A stretch of DNA of 64,000 bases from a virus (IMGVR_UViG_3300044655_000343:870-64869); one strand, 5' to 3'; shown: positions 9,209 to 18,457, counted from the first letter of the stretch. Notes: generated from the letters alone by a model not told the origin. Numbers and translations are program-made.

Positions 9209-10935
9209 TAGAACTCCTGTTGTTCTGGCTCGAATACTACTGAGCCATCCTCAGCAATAGCGAATCCAATTTCTTTTAGTCTGCCTGACACATGGTCATA
9301 ATATAATGTACTTGCAATACCTGCTCGACCAGTCAAACGATTCTTGAGTACACGCACTAGTGTGGTGTTAGCAATCTTCTCGTCTGTGTTCTGTCGATCT
9401 CTCTCTAGGGCAATGACTGTGTTGGGTACAGATGCCAATGCACCGGAGCCACGCAGATCTTGCAGGGTAATACGATCACCCTCTTCGTATGCCTTGTCAC
9501 TCTTCTTGAGTTGTGATACGATGTCTACATGCACACCTGTACGCACAGCAATAGCACGGAGTTCCTTCATGAGTGTATCAATAATGATACGCTCTGAGTT
9601 ACCACCTTCGACATCCTTAGTCTGCATACTCATAAGTCCTGCAGCAGCGGCGGTGATATGGTCAAGCACAATGACATCTACCTTGAGAGAGGTTGCCATG
9701 AACTCCATACGAGCCAGCAGATTAGCCATTGCACTGTTACCTAAGTGGTCATACACATAGAAGTTTGTGCCACACAGTTGTGCCTTAGCTGCGGAGTATT
9801 CCTCATCAGTAAGATCATCAACCATAGCCATGTTGATTTGTTTCTTGCCAAGCATGGTACGCAATTCATTCATCATTCGTCCTGCTCTGATAGCCCGGAC
9901 TGGTTTGTTAAGTATCAGGCTGATCATATCATCCATAGTTTCCTGTGGAGATTCCTCAAGCATGATACACCCAACACTACGACCCTCTACTAAGTGATGC
10001 ATCATAAGCTCACGAAGTATAGTAGACTTACCAGACCCAGTACCGGATGCCCATAGTGTAATCTCTCCACTACGCTGACCAATCAGGAACTCTGATAGAC
10101 CATCGTAAGGGAAGGGATAGACACGAGCATGGTTCATAGACTGTGAGTCTGTAATAACTTTAGAGATGTGCATGATCTCATCAGGAGAATACTGCTGTGC
10201 TTCCCATAGTGCTGATACCAATTGCTTGGTCTGAGCATTCATGTAGCACTCACTAGCATCCTTGTATGGAAGCTTAGCAATCTTGCACTTACCCGGAGGT
10301 AGTAGATCAGCAACTTCCATAGTAGCTTTCTGTCCTGCTTCATCCATATCAAAGCATAGGACAACTTCAGCGTATGAGTTAATGAACTCAAGATTTTCTT
10401 TGATAGACTTGGCTGCAGACTGAGCACCATTGGGGATAGACACGACAGCCCATGTACCACCGAGTACTTGGTTGACTGTCATACAATCAAGCTCACCTTC
10501 AGTAATGATAAGCCGCTTGCCTCCTGCCTTCCATAGGTTCTGACCAAAGAGTTCTGTACCCTTAGCACTACCACGCCAAGCAAACTGTTTGTTAGGACCA
10601 CGAAGGTGTTGTCCTAATAGCTCACCACCTTGATAGTAGTTAGCAATGTGTACTTCTTTACCATTGATCTTGGCTACCTGATAGCCGTACATGCGGCAAG
10701 TCTTTTCCGTAATGCCGCGATCCTCAAGATCAATGTAAGAACCAGTGAGCACTTTAAATTCTTTAGGGGTTGTTGTAGTAAGTTCATCTGTCATCTCAGT
10801 TCCTTTAGAAGAGCGGTAATACTTGCATTTAAAACAATACACATGATCATCATAGACTGCAAGGTTGTCACCGCTACGATCTGCACCATTCTGTACACAG
10901 CGTGGACACTCAGTCTTGCTTTGGAATAGACTCAT
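9208..10935 (-). CDS. DNA primase-helicase (T7 gp4-like)
   Basis: Zn finger CPRC...CFKC, TOPRIM TEGELD and FDMDEAG, Walker A SGTGSGKST, LDHIT, DLRGSG, VLKNRLTG. Confidence 0.97.
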   Translation of the reverse strand: MSLFQSKTECPRCVQNGADRSGDNLAVYDDHVYCFKCKYYRSSKGTEMTDELTTTTPKEFKVLTGSYIDLEDRGITEKTCRMYGYQVAKINGKEVHIANYYQGGELLGQHLRGPNKQFAWRGSAKGTELFGQNLWKAGGKRLIITEGELDCMTVNQVLGGTWAVVSIPNGAQSAAKSIKENLEFINSYAEVVLCFDMDEAGQKATMEVADLLPPGKCKIAKLPYKDASECYMNAQTKQLVSALWEAQQYSPDEIMHISKVITDSQSMNHARVYPFPYDGLSEFLIGQRSGEITLWASGTGSGKSTILRELMMHHLVEGRSVGCIMLEESPQETMDDMISLILNKPVRAIRAGRMMNELRTMLGKKQINMAMVDDLTDEEYSAAKAQLCGTNFYVYDHLGNSAMANLLARMEFMATSLKVDVIVLDHITAAAAGLMSMQTKDVEGGNSERIIIDTLMKELRAIAVRTGVHVDIVSQLKKSDKAYEEGDRITLQDLRGSGALASVPNTVIALERDRQNTDEKIANTTLVRVLKNRLTGRAGIASTLYYDHVSGRLKEIGFAIAEDGSVVFEPEQQEF

Positions 10936-11191
10936 TTAAATCAATTGATCCGATCTTTGCTAGCTTGATAAGAAACTCTGGTGATAAACAGAAGCTTGCT
11001 ATAGCCTGATCCTCATCTGTTCGATATCCATTTGGATCTTCAGAGGCATAAACAATAAAGTTAACATTCTTATTAGACATCTGAATGCGTAGATACAATC
11101 TATCATCACCGCCGATACCAGCATCATCCGAATGTACTATCAAAGAACCAACAGGAAAATTCATTTGCAACCATCCATCTAGTTCACTCAT
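10910..11191 (-). CDS. Hypothetical protein
   Basis: 93-aa ORF overlapping both neighbours in the operon. Confidence 0.6.
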   Translation of the reverse strand: MSELDGWLQMNFPVGSLIVHSDDAGIGGDDRLYLRIQMSNKNVNFIVYASEDPNGYRTDEDQAIASFCLSPEFLIKLAKIGSIDLNESIPKQD

Positions 11192-11393
11192 CTTTACCCT
11201 TGCCCCACCCTAAAGTGGTGTTGTGTGACATCCGATTAAACTCGGATCTAATTAATGCTTTGATATCGTTACGCTCGTCAACCAATTTATCATACTTGTT
11301 TTGACTTGTCGTACCATCCGTTTCAATACGACCAAGCTTGTGGCTAAGTGCTGCCAGATCATATACCAGTTCTTCGAGTTCATTTAGATTCAT
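11184..11393 (-). CDS. Hypothetical protein
   Basis: 69-aa helical ORF in the operon. Confidence 0.6.
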   Translation of the reverse strand: MNLNELEELVYDLAALSHKLGRIETDGTTSQNKYDKLVDERNDIKALIRSEFNRMSHNTTLGWGKGKDE

Positions 11394-11538
11394 CTTTATT
11401 TATTTCTTTTGGTTTACCAAAGATAGCTTCATAATTTTTTTCATAAATTTCACGATCAACTGGGCGATACTTATCACCCTTACCTGACTGTGACTTGTCA
11501 CGCTTCTTAGCTTTGAGCCACGGTTTATCTTTTGCCAA
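11380..11538 (-). CDS. Small basic conserved-type phage protein (GKGDKYRP...NYEAIFGK)
   Basis: Below the ORF-track cutoff. AGGAGG RBS and TTG start; 52 aa MAKDKPWLKAKKRDKSQSGKGDKYRPVDREIYEKNYEAIFGKPKEINKDESK. Fills the gap between neighbours. Confidence 0.7.
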   Translation of the reverse strand: MAKDKPWLKAKKRDKSQSGKGDKYRPVDREIYEKNYEAIFGKPKEINKDESK

Positions 11539-11749
11539 TTGAATCCTCCTTTATTAGGTATCCCCATTGTCTTAGTTTAGCTGCTTGCTTTAGTGTCATC
11601 CTGCCATGTAAAGAATCATACGCAAGCAGTTCAATACGAGCAGCATCGCGTTCCTCTTGCAGGAGTGTGATTAAATCTTGTTGAGAAGTTCTTTCCATAT
11701 GGGAAGTATCGAGCGGTTTTAAATCATCCATCAAACATACCTTCCTCAT
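11525..11749 (-). CDS. Hypothetical protein
   Basis: 74-aa ORF; the true start is probably MDDLKP, slightly downstream. Confidence 0.55.
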   Translation of the reverse strand: MRKVCLMDDLKPLDTSHMERTSQQDLITLLQEERDAARIELLAYDSLHGRMTLKQAAKLRQWGYLIKEDSIGKR

Positions 11750-12074
11750 TTGAAAATATTATCTTATCAAAGACATGAGTACACCACGGCATACAGAACT
11801 TGCATGGTCTTGCCATACCTAGCTTGCCTGTCTTACTAAATCGAAAGTTATATAATATCATGCGGTCAGTAGAGGTTTTAATCTTACGGAAGGCATCTAA
11901 CTCAGAGTGTAGGTATGGATACATGTAACCATACTTTACAGTTTTGGGGTGTGTCTTCCAACTGTTAGTACCTATAGCCAACAGCTGTGATTTCCTTACA
12001 ATCAAACTAATGTGTGCTCTATCTCTGTCAACCGTTGAGGCAACATGATAGGCTAGATTAACCCAGCGATCCAT
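11724..12074 (-). CDS. Zinc-dependent cytidine/dCMP deaminase-superfamily protein
   Basis: HSELDA (HxE) and RPCKFC (PCxxC) motifs; adjacent to thyX. Confidence 0.85.
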   Translation of the reverse strand: MDRWVNLAYHVASTVDRDRAHISLIVRKSQLLAIGTNSWKTHPKTVKYGYMYPYLHSELDAFRKIKTSTDRMILYNFRFSKTGKLGMARPCKFCMPWCTHVFDKIIFSNEEGMFDG

Positions 12075-12717
12075 TTAATGCCATCCATGATATGGGGAAT
12101 GCTCTAGCACAGCAATCAGATATTGCTAGGGCTACTTGTCGGCATTCATCCTGTGCGTGTGGGTCAAGACGGAGTTGACATACTCTGTTGAAACCATAGA
12201 GGGAGCCAGTCCAATACCACTCAGTCATCATAGATTGTGGGAGGATTGCTCTTGCTTGTTCAGGACAGACCCCCTCATATAGCATGAGCCTGTATGTACT
12301 GAGAGAAGATTTGATTGATTCATTATAACACTGTTGTACTAATGTACTATCTTTCACATACTCAGAGGAGGAGCCTTGCTTCTTGTTCTCTGCTGCTGCC
12401 CTCCAGTTACTCTGTGGTGACCAGAAGGTAGGCTCATAGTCTACATACCGTCTACTAACTTCGTTCCATGCGAAGCCAACCTGATGCTTGGCTAGCTGTC
12501 TTGCCACAAAGATCGGAGCCTTGATATGGAACTGCAGGGTACAATGTGCAAACGGACTCCAATGCTTATGCTTAGCGAGATAAGTAATAAGCTTTACATT
12601 CTGTAGCTCAGTGTAGTTGGCTGCTTCCTTAGCGAAAGAAACACGAGCAGCATCTACTACGGTATTATCACTACCCATTTTGAGTAAGTGTTTTACGGAC
12701 ATCTCTTCGTATATCAT
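12058..12717 (-). CDS. thyX: Flavin-dependent thymidylate synthase
   Basis: Motifs AARVSF, HWSPFAH, APIFVARQLAKHQVGFAWNEVSRRY, EQARAILP, RLDPHAQ.E. Confidence 0.96.
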   Translation of the reverse strand: MIYEEMSVKHLLKMGSDNTVVDAARVSFAKEAANYTELQNVKLITYLAKHKHWSPFAHCTLQFHIKAPIFVARQLAKHQVGFAWNEVSRRYVDYEPTFWSPQSNWRAAAENKKQGSSSEYVKDSTLVQQCYNESIKSSLSTYRLMLYEGVCPEQARAILPQSMMTEWYWTGSLYGFNRVCQLRLDPHAQDECRQVALAISDCCARAFPISWMALNGSLG

Positions 12718-12750
12718 ACTTTTGTTTCTCCGATAAGTGTTTTACTTTAG

Positions 12751-12780
12751 AAAAAAGGAAGGGGGATTTCTCCCCCTCCC
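12751..12780 (-). terminator. Rho-independent terminator downstream of rusA
   Basis: Minus strand GGGAGGGGGA-GAAA-TCCCCCTTCC-TTTTTT: stem, GNRA loop and U tract. Confidence 0.85.
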
Positions 12781-12867
12781 TTCCTATGGTGGTGACAATA
12801 AAGTCAACGGATCTATCTCAGTCAACAAGTGCCGGACTGCTTGGACTAAGACCAATCAATACACCAG

Positions 12868-13260
12868 TTATAGGTTGCTTACTGACAGAGTGAAGTAACC
12901 ATCTTCACCTGTAGCTGCCCATTGCTTAGTTACATGTAGGGAAATGATTTGAGAGTCATCTTCCCAAACCTTCTTGTTCATTGTATCAAGTATAGCTTTA
13001 GCAAAGTTATCAATATCAGGGCGAGGCGCGTCTAACTCAGTAGCCTTAGGCTTCTTAACATAGAGTTCAATGTCAACAACAAGAGGACCAGTCATGGGTT
13101 CTAAGTCTGTACCTAGAATATCCCATACTACCTCTGCTGCTTTTTCTCTGAACTCTTTATAAGTACCTGTGTAATACGCTCCCCATTTACCGACCCTAGG
13201 TCTTGATGCGGCAACTGGATTCAGATTAAATCTCCATTGATTAGAACGGGAGATCTTCAT
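12868..13260 (-). CDS. rusA: RusA-family Holliday junction resolvase
   Basis: Motifs PVAASRPRV, PDIDNFAKAILD and WEDDSQI. Start placed at MKISRS (13260), overlapping the end of ssb. Confidence 0.9.
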   Translation of the reverse strand: MKISRSNQWRFNLNPVAASRPRVGKWGAYYTGTYKEFREKAAEVVWDILGTDLEPMTGPLVVDIELYVKKPKATELDAPRPDIDNFAKAILDTMNKKVWEDDSQIISLHVTKQWAATGEDGYFTLSVSNL

Positions 13261-13783
13261 CCTCTGTTTCCTCAACATCAACAAGTGCTGGTGCAGACTT
13301 AGTTGGAGTAGCGGTTGACACGAAGCCACCATCTACTGCATCAAACCCTGTACCACCTGTGACATTGTTGGCATTCTTCTCAATGATTTGAATGCCATTT
13401 AAGTACACACTAAGACTATTGTCTCGTGTGATAACACATGGTGAAAGCTTAAGTCTTACCTTATCTCCACCAAACGGTACGGTATCAGTTGGGGTAGCCT
13501 GTGAATCAACACAAGGGAACTTACCTTCCTCAACATGTACGCGGCTCTTAGCCTTGAAGGTACGCAGTCCATCCTTCTCCATGATACCATTGATCTTAGT
13601 AGCACCTGACTTCTTAAGGATATCCTTGAGAACCTTATCAAGTGTCTTGTCTAAGACAACAGTAATGTTATGGTTGGCAGATGCCTCACCGAAAGCAATG
13701 TCTGGCTTAAGTAGATTGCTCCACTTAACTTCGACTACTTCAGTTACAAACTGCGGCATCTTCTTTAACTTACTCTTGTTCAT
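13241..13783 (-). CDS. ssb: Single-stranded DNA-binding protein (T7 gp2.5-like)
   Basis: W..L.KPD, FKAK, GGDKVRL, SVYLNGIQIIE, GFDAVDGGF and acidic C-terminal tail EETEDEDLPF. Confidence 0.9.
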   Translation of the reverse strand: MNKSKLKKMPQFVTEVVEVKWSNLLKPDIAFGEASANHNITVVLDKTLDKVLKDILKKSGATKINGIMEKDGLRTFKAKSRVHVEEGKFPCVDSQATPTDTVPFGGDKVRLKLSPCVITRDNSLSVYLNGIQIIEKNANNVTGGTGFDAVDGGFVSTATPTKSAPALVDVEETEDEDLPF

Positions 13784-13976
13784 TCGTAGTTTCCTTCTTT
13801 AATGATGCGTTGATATTGTCAACTTGCATATTCAAATCCATTACAATAGTATTCATGCCAGACGCTAGCTGACTTAAGCCAGCCGAAAGCTGACTAAGAT
13901 ACGCAACAACACTATCGGTACGGATAGCAGGAACTTGTTCCTTTGTTTCAGTCTCGGTATTAGTTTCAGTATTCAT
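13770..13976 (-). CDS. Hypothetical protein
   Basis: 68-aa ORF with a strong AGGAGG RBS, first gene after promoter copy 2. Confidence 0.7.
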   Translation of the reverse strand: MNTETNTETETKEQVPAIRTDSVVAYLSQLSAGLSQLASGMNTIVMDLNMQVDNINASLKKETTNEQE

Positions 13977-14008
13977 ATTTCCTCCTTTCTAAAAAATAAT
14001 ATCTTCTA

Positions 14009-14021
14009 TAGCCCCAACTAT
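14009..14021 (-). promoter_or_regulatory. Putative phage RNAP promoter motif ATAGTTGGGGCTA (copy 2)
   Basis: Intergenic, continues ...GGGGCTATAGAAG, upstream of the ssb block (like T7 phi2.5). Confidence 0.7.
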
Positions 14022-14031
14022 AGGGCTAATG

Positions 14032-14601
14032 TTAAGTGTTTTGATTTACCACCATGTCTGTCCATGTAGGGATACGGGCGAGGATGAACAGAGAAATCTC
14101 TGTGCCTTCCTTAAATCCGAGGATCTCACATAAGACCGCACTATACATAGCAGCATTGGGGTAAATGTTTTTCTGAGTTTGCTGACCAATAATACTCTTG
14201 ATCTCTTGTATTCTAAAGTGATACCACGGATGGTACGCTTCGATATAGTTTGCTACATCTTGCCAAGCCGGGTCAATGCCATCCTTATAGAATGAATTAC
14301 CAAAGCCAGCAATAGGAATCTTCCTATTAAGGAGGTCTACTATATCTCTAGTAGATGTGATCAACATCAGACGAGCCTCAGAGATGGGCGCATGATAGAC
14401 ACCAAGAGTTAGGATAGCCGAAGCTAATGCATTCTCTAAGCGTCCTGTTGTACCACTTGCATTAAGACATGCCATTGAACTAGCATTAGGATTATTCCTT
14501 GCTGAGTTAGCATGTGCTTCTATCACCATGTTTAATAAGACTTGGTGATTAATAGAACCATGCGGTTCAACTACATAGGGTAGATCAACTGTTATTTTCA
14601 T
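14032..14601 (-). CDS. Citrate synthase / citryl-CoA lyase-like protein (minimal, catalytic residues altered)
   Basis: Ordered motifs H..., NASS, ALASAILTLGVYHAP, IAGFGNSFYKDGIDP, IYPNAAMYSA..LG and LFILARIPTW parallel the citrate synthase core (NAST, GxxHG, GFGHxxYKxxDPR, PNVDFYS, FAxxRxxGW). Confidence 0.75.
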   Translation of the reverse strand: MKITVDLPYVVEPHGSINHQVLLNMVIEAHANSARNNPNASSMACLNASGTTGRLENALASAILTLGVYHAPISEARLMLITSTRDIVDLLNRKIPIAGFGNSFYKDGIDPAWQDVANYIEAYHPWYHFRIQEIKSIIGQQTQKNIYPNAAMYSAVLCEILGFKEGTEISLFILARIPTWTDMVVNQNT

Positions 14602-15254
14602 AGTGGCATTAGTTCTAGATAGGGTGCGCCATTAATGACAACACCACAACTAATCACAGGCTTCTTAATATTGTTCTCACCATACTTCATACCGATGTGC
14701 TTGCGGTCTACACCACAGCCTACATTCATACCGAAGATAGCATTGAGAGGGCTGACCTGCCAGTTGATACCTGCACATGAGTGATGATGCCCTGCTACAA
14801 CAGACATACCAAGTGCCTTGGCTGTGTTGAACGAGGGATACATACTAGAGCCACCAGTACCATGATGATAGAAGACCCTATCAACGGTATGGTTCTTTAC
14901 CCATGACCACTTGGTATTGTAGACTTCATTATAAGTCTTCAAGTAAAAGTCAGGGATACCTGCATCACCTGCAAGGCGAAGCACACGCTCATCATGGTTA
15001 CCAATGGTAACTACCATGTTCTTAAAGGTAGCCTTCCATTCCTTAATCTGTTCCATTGCATTACGATACTCACTCACCGCACCCGGATGATCCGGATGCT
15101 TAGCATGGAAGCTAATGCAATGATGGTCAACGATGTCACCGATATGTACAATAGTGTCACACTTATACTCTGCCTTGATATCCTTCACGAACTGAAGGTA
15201 ACCATCAAGCACAGCAGGGAAGTGAGTGTCTCCAATTACTAGTACTCTACTCAC
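14598..15254 (-). CDS. Calcineurin-like metallophosphoesterase
   Basis: IGDTH, HIGDIVD, GNHD, HHG and GHHH metal-binding motifs. Confidence 0.9.
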   Translation of the reverse strand: MSRVLVIGDTHFPAVLDGYLQFVKDIKAEYKCDTIVHIGDIVDHHCISFHAKHPDHPGAVSEYRNAMEQIKEWKATFKNMVVTIGNHDERVLRLAGDAGIPDFYLKTYNEVYNTKWSWVKNHTVDRVFYHHGTGGSSMYPSFNTAKALGMSVVAGHHHSCAGINWQVSPLNAIFGMNVGCGVDRKHIGMKYGENNIKKPVISCGVVINGAPYLELMPL

Positions 15255-15493
15255 TTATGGTTTCTCCACTTGTATGCATCTTTCCATTGCTGTGCAACAG
15301 ATGGCATAGGCTCACGACCCTCTTCAACAATAGGTGCATAGAGATCAATGAGTCCATCAAAGTGATCTTTCTGCAGTTGATTCCAACTATCATAGAGATC
15401 ACCATCTCTCCACTTCTGTTCTGTCAATCGCTTATGTGACTTCAAGTTCTGTAACACAGTCATCTTAATCGCTGTCATCAGGTTCTCCTTCAA
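15251..15493 (-). CDS. Hypothetical protein
   Basis: About 80-aa ORF coupled to the downstream gene. Confidence 0.55.
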   Translation of the reverse strand: MKENLMTAIKMTVLQNLKSHKRLTEQKWRDGDLYDSWNQLQKDHFDGLIDLYAPIVEEGREPMPSVAQQWKDAYKWRNHK

Positions 15494-15704
15494 TAAAAAT
15501 TTCTACATTCATGTTTGGTTGCGGCTCTATGTTTCGCATAGAGAAGTCTAGGTACGCAGCTTGTAAGAAGATATCACTAAGGGCTTCCGTTGGAAACCAA
15601 AAGGATATTCTCTTTTTCTTTTTAACAGATGCAGCTAAGGCAGTAAACAATCTTACTGCTTCTTCTAGATCACCCTCACTAGTAACTTTAAATACCTTAG
15701 TCAT
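15465..15704 (-). CDS. Hypothetical protein
   Basis: 79-aa ORF, ATGA-coupled to the RNAP stop codon. Confidence 0.65.
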   Translation of the reverse strand: MTKVFKVTSEGDLEEAVRLFTALAASVKKKKRISFWFPTEALSDIFLQAAYLDFSMRNIEPQPNMNVEIFIEGEPDDSD

Positions 15705-18172
15705 TGGAAGAAATACTCCGCATCTAAAACATCCTTAATGTTTAATGAACCAGTAGGTGGTGCATCAGGTACTGTAATCTTCAATGCTTTTGATACTTCG
15801 ATCCGCATGTCATCTAATAAATTGGTCGTATGCATAGCACAGAACTCTTCATTAGTAAACATACGCATTAGATTAACATCAGGTGCAGGACAACCATATG
15901 AATCATGGATCATACTGAACTGTTCAATACCAGCACCAACCATTCTATACACAGTACACCACATATGACTTGCATCAAGTGAGTGAATATAGTTAGGGGA
16001 GATGGCTAGATTAACTGAGCCACCATCAATTGTTTCCTTATCGGGTGAGCCAAAGTGTAACTCTTTCATATCGAATAGCTTAGCGACTGATCGCCTAGTT
16101 AGTATCTCATAGTATTGATGTACTACTTTAAACCCACACGGGGTAGTCCACTCAACATTCTTACCTAACTCACTAGCCATATCAGCCACCACCTTGAGCC
16201 ATGCCTTGCCCTTGTTAGCCTCGACCAATGTACCCTTGAGGGCAGCATCAATGAAGGTAGCTAACTCGACAACAGCACCAGCAATCTCATCCTTACCAAC
16301 CCAATCAAGGTGACCCTCAGTCTTACAGTACCTGCGAATACCATAGAAGGTAACACCATAGGGATCAGTCATTACTGCTCTCTTACAAACAGAGCGGTCA
16401 ATGTCACCCTCCCAATACTCTATAAATTTTTTCGCCCATTTTCCATTGTTAGTATCTGCATCCTGTACTGACACCATGTTAGATGTCATCACATCCGCAA
16501 CATATTGATACAGGTCTTCGGGCTTGTTAGTGTGTATGAGGTTAACCTTCTTGGCAAGATAAGGGTCACGCATAAGTGCAGCCCAATGCTGAACACCATT
16601 ACATGAACCATCCATTTGCACAGGTACTTGAGTTAACCCATCAGTACGACACAGATCAAAGATAGCAGCGATACGCTGGAAGCTTGGATTCTTTTTCTTC
16701 TTATGTGATACCCACTCAGAGCGGGTAGCATAGGGATCAGTATTGATTCTCTTAAGCATGTCCATGTTATCATCGACCCACTTAACTCGTTGGTCAAAGG
16801 TTATCTTATCCTGATCGAATAGATTAGCGACATGAACCTTGAGCCAATACAAACCAATAGATGTTTGTTTCCTTGGCTGAGCAAACTGAATAAGACCACG
16901 ATCAAAGTCACTTGACTGTGGACTAAGTAGATCACATGCTGCATTAGCACGACCACGGAAGTCACATGTATAGATATGATAGAAGAACTTCAGAGGGATT
17001 AATGATTGTGCCAGTTTAATTCGGACAAGCATACGACCTCGTGATCGTTCTTCCTTATACCAATTGCTATATGTTTCTTCCTTGAGCTGACACCACTTAG
17101 CCTTCTCTTCCTTAGTCCCATCCTTAGGATAGGGATCAGCAAAGTCAAAGGCTGAGAAGTCATACACGGGAAGGTTAGCATCTCGTGTGTTGTTCTTAAA
17201 GAGTGCAGTCATTATCTCTAGCACTCGCTCATTGATTGACCACTCGGTATGCATCATAGCATTAAGACCAGTGACTACTATCTCTGATGGAAGGCTACCA
17301 TTCTGGTGTACCTTCTCATCCCACATCACATCCTTAAACTTCTGTACTACAGGCTTACGGATATGCGGTAGTAGATTCCCACCACTACTACTTAGAGTAT
17401 GTTTAATTGGTGGGATAATCATTGGTCGATATAGCAGGGCAGCGGTAGCAATCACATCTTGATGACGCTTATTAAGTTCACTCAATATGTCATCAGTAAA
17501 GGTAACTACTACCCGCTCACTCCATCGCTTGCCTGTATGCTTACGAATGTTCTTTAAGTTAATGACCTCAGACATTTCTGCTATGCGTAGCATGTGATGA
17601 CCAAAGTCTTCTCGTTGTTTCCTTGAGAAGGTTTTCTTATTAAGAGTACCCATCTTATAGGCAAACGCCTTGCATCGCTTAGTAGTCCACTTCTTCTGGT
17701 AGTGGGATTGTTTGAGCCAATCCTCACGGAATTGTTTCTTAGCCTGTTGATAGGCTACAATCTCCACTACCATCTCAGATATAACATGTGCTATGTGTTG
17801 AGCAGTAGGCAATGGGAACAGATCGTTCTCATACTTACGCTCCCAGAAAGCAGAGTTAAACCATTCGAGAATCAGTGATCTAATAGTAATGTCTGCCATC
17901 TTAGCAGCACCAACAGCAAACAAAGGGAATGCCCAATCAGGTGTCTTCCTATTCTCTGATACCGTATCTATCCATTGCTGGTAGAAGGGTGTAAGATGGA
18001 TGACACATGCGTCAATCAATGTTTGCTCAGGGATACCCTCATCAGGGTTAGCATTGTATGCATCCCAGTATTTATGTTCCGATAGGCAAAGCATATCTTC
18101 CTCAGAGATAACTTGTAGTGCAGTTCTTTTATCTTGTTCTTCTTTAGATAATGAATCCCAAAGTTTAGACAT
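15701..18172 (-). CDS. Single-subunit DNA-directed RNA polymerase (T7 gp1-like)
   Basis: PMIIPP, DFRGR, motif A DGSCNGVQH, motif B RSVCKRAVMT.PYG, PNYIHSLDASH, motif C IHDSYG, C-terminal YFF. Confidence 0.98.
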   Translation of the reverse strand: MSKLWDSLSKEEQDKRTALQVISEEDMLCLSEHKYWDAYNANPDEGIPEQTLIDACVIHLTPFYQQWIDTVSENRKTPDWAFPLFAVGAAKMADITIRSLILEWFNSAFWERKYENDLFPLPTAQHIAHVISEMVVEIVAYQQAKKQFREDWLKQSHYQKKWTTKRCKAFAYKMGTLNKKTFSRKQREDFGHHMLRIAEMSEVINLKNIRKHTGKRWSERVVVTFTDDILSELNKRHQDVIATAALLYRPMIIPPIKHTLSSSGGNLLPHIRKPVVQKFKDVMWDEKVHQNGSLPSEIVVTGLNAMMHTEWSINERVLEIMTALFKNNTRDANLPVYDFSAFDFADPYPKDGTKEEKAKWCQLKEETYSNWYKEERSRGRMLVRIKLAQSLIPLKFFYHIYTCDFRGRANAACDLLSPQSSDFDRGLIQFAQPRKQTSIGLYWLKVHVANLFDQDKITFDQRVKWVDDNMDMLKRINTDPYATRSEWVSHKKKKNPSFQRIAAIFDLCRTDGLTQVPVQMDGSCNGVQHWAALMRDPYLAKKVNLIHTNKPEDLYQYVADVMTSNMVSVQDADTNNGKWAKKFIEYWEGDIDRSVCKRAVMTDPYGVTFYGIRRYCKTEGHLDWVGKDEIAGAVVELATFIDAALKGTLVEANKGKAWLKVVADMASELGKNVEWTTPCGFKVVHQYYEILTRRSVAKLFDMKELHFGSPDKETIDGGSVNLAISPNYIHSLDASHMWCTVYRMVGAGIEQFSMIHDSYGCPAPDVNLMRMFTNEEFCAMHTTNLLDDMRIEVSKALKITVPDAPPTGSLNIKDVLDAEYFFQ

Positions 18173-18187
18173 GCATCTCCTTAGTTA

Positions 18188-18448
18188 TTAACTCCGATCA
18201 ACAGCAATCAGTGCATCACCATGATGCCTACGGATATAGGCAGCAAGCCGCTTATATACAGCAGGGGTACACTTAAAGCTGATGTCAAATGAATTGTTAA
18301 ACAATGCAAGTCCTGATCCCTCATAGGCTGTCATGAATGTTGGATCAGTATCCATGATATCCTCACGGACATCAAGGTAATCAACAGTGCCATCAAAGAG
18401 GAACGAGTAGTAATATTTCTTAGCCTTCTTAGTCTTTGTCTTAGTCAT
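18188..18448 (-). CDS. Hypothetical early protein
   Basis: 86-aa ORF with an AAGGA RBS. Confidence 0.65.
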   Translation of the reverse strand: MTKTKTKKAKKYYYSFLFDGTVDYLDVREDIMDTDPTFMTAYEGSGLALFNNSFDISFKCTPAVYKRLAAYIRRHHGDALIAVDRS

Positions 18449-18457
18449 AGTGTTTCC

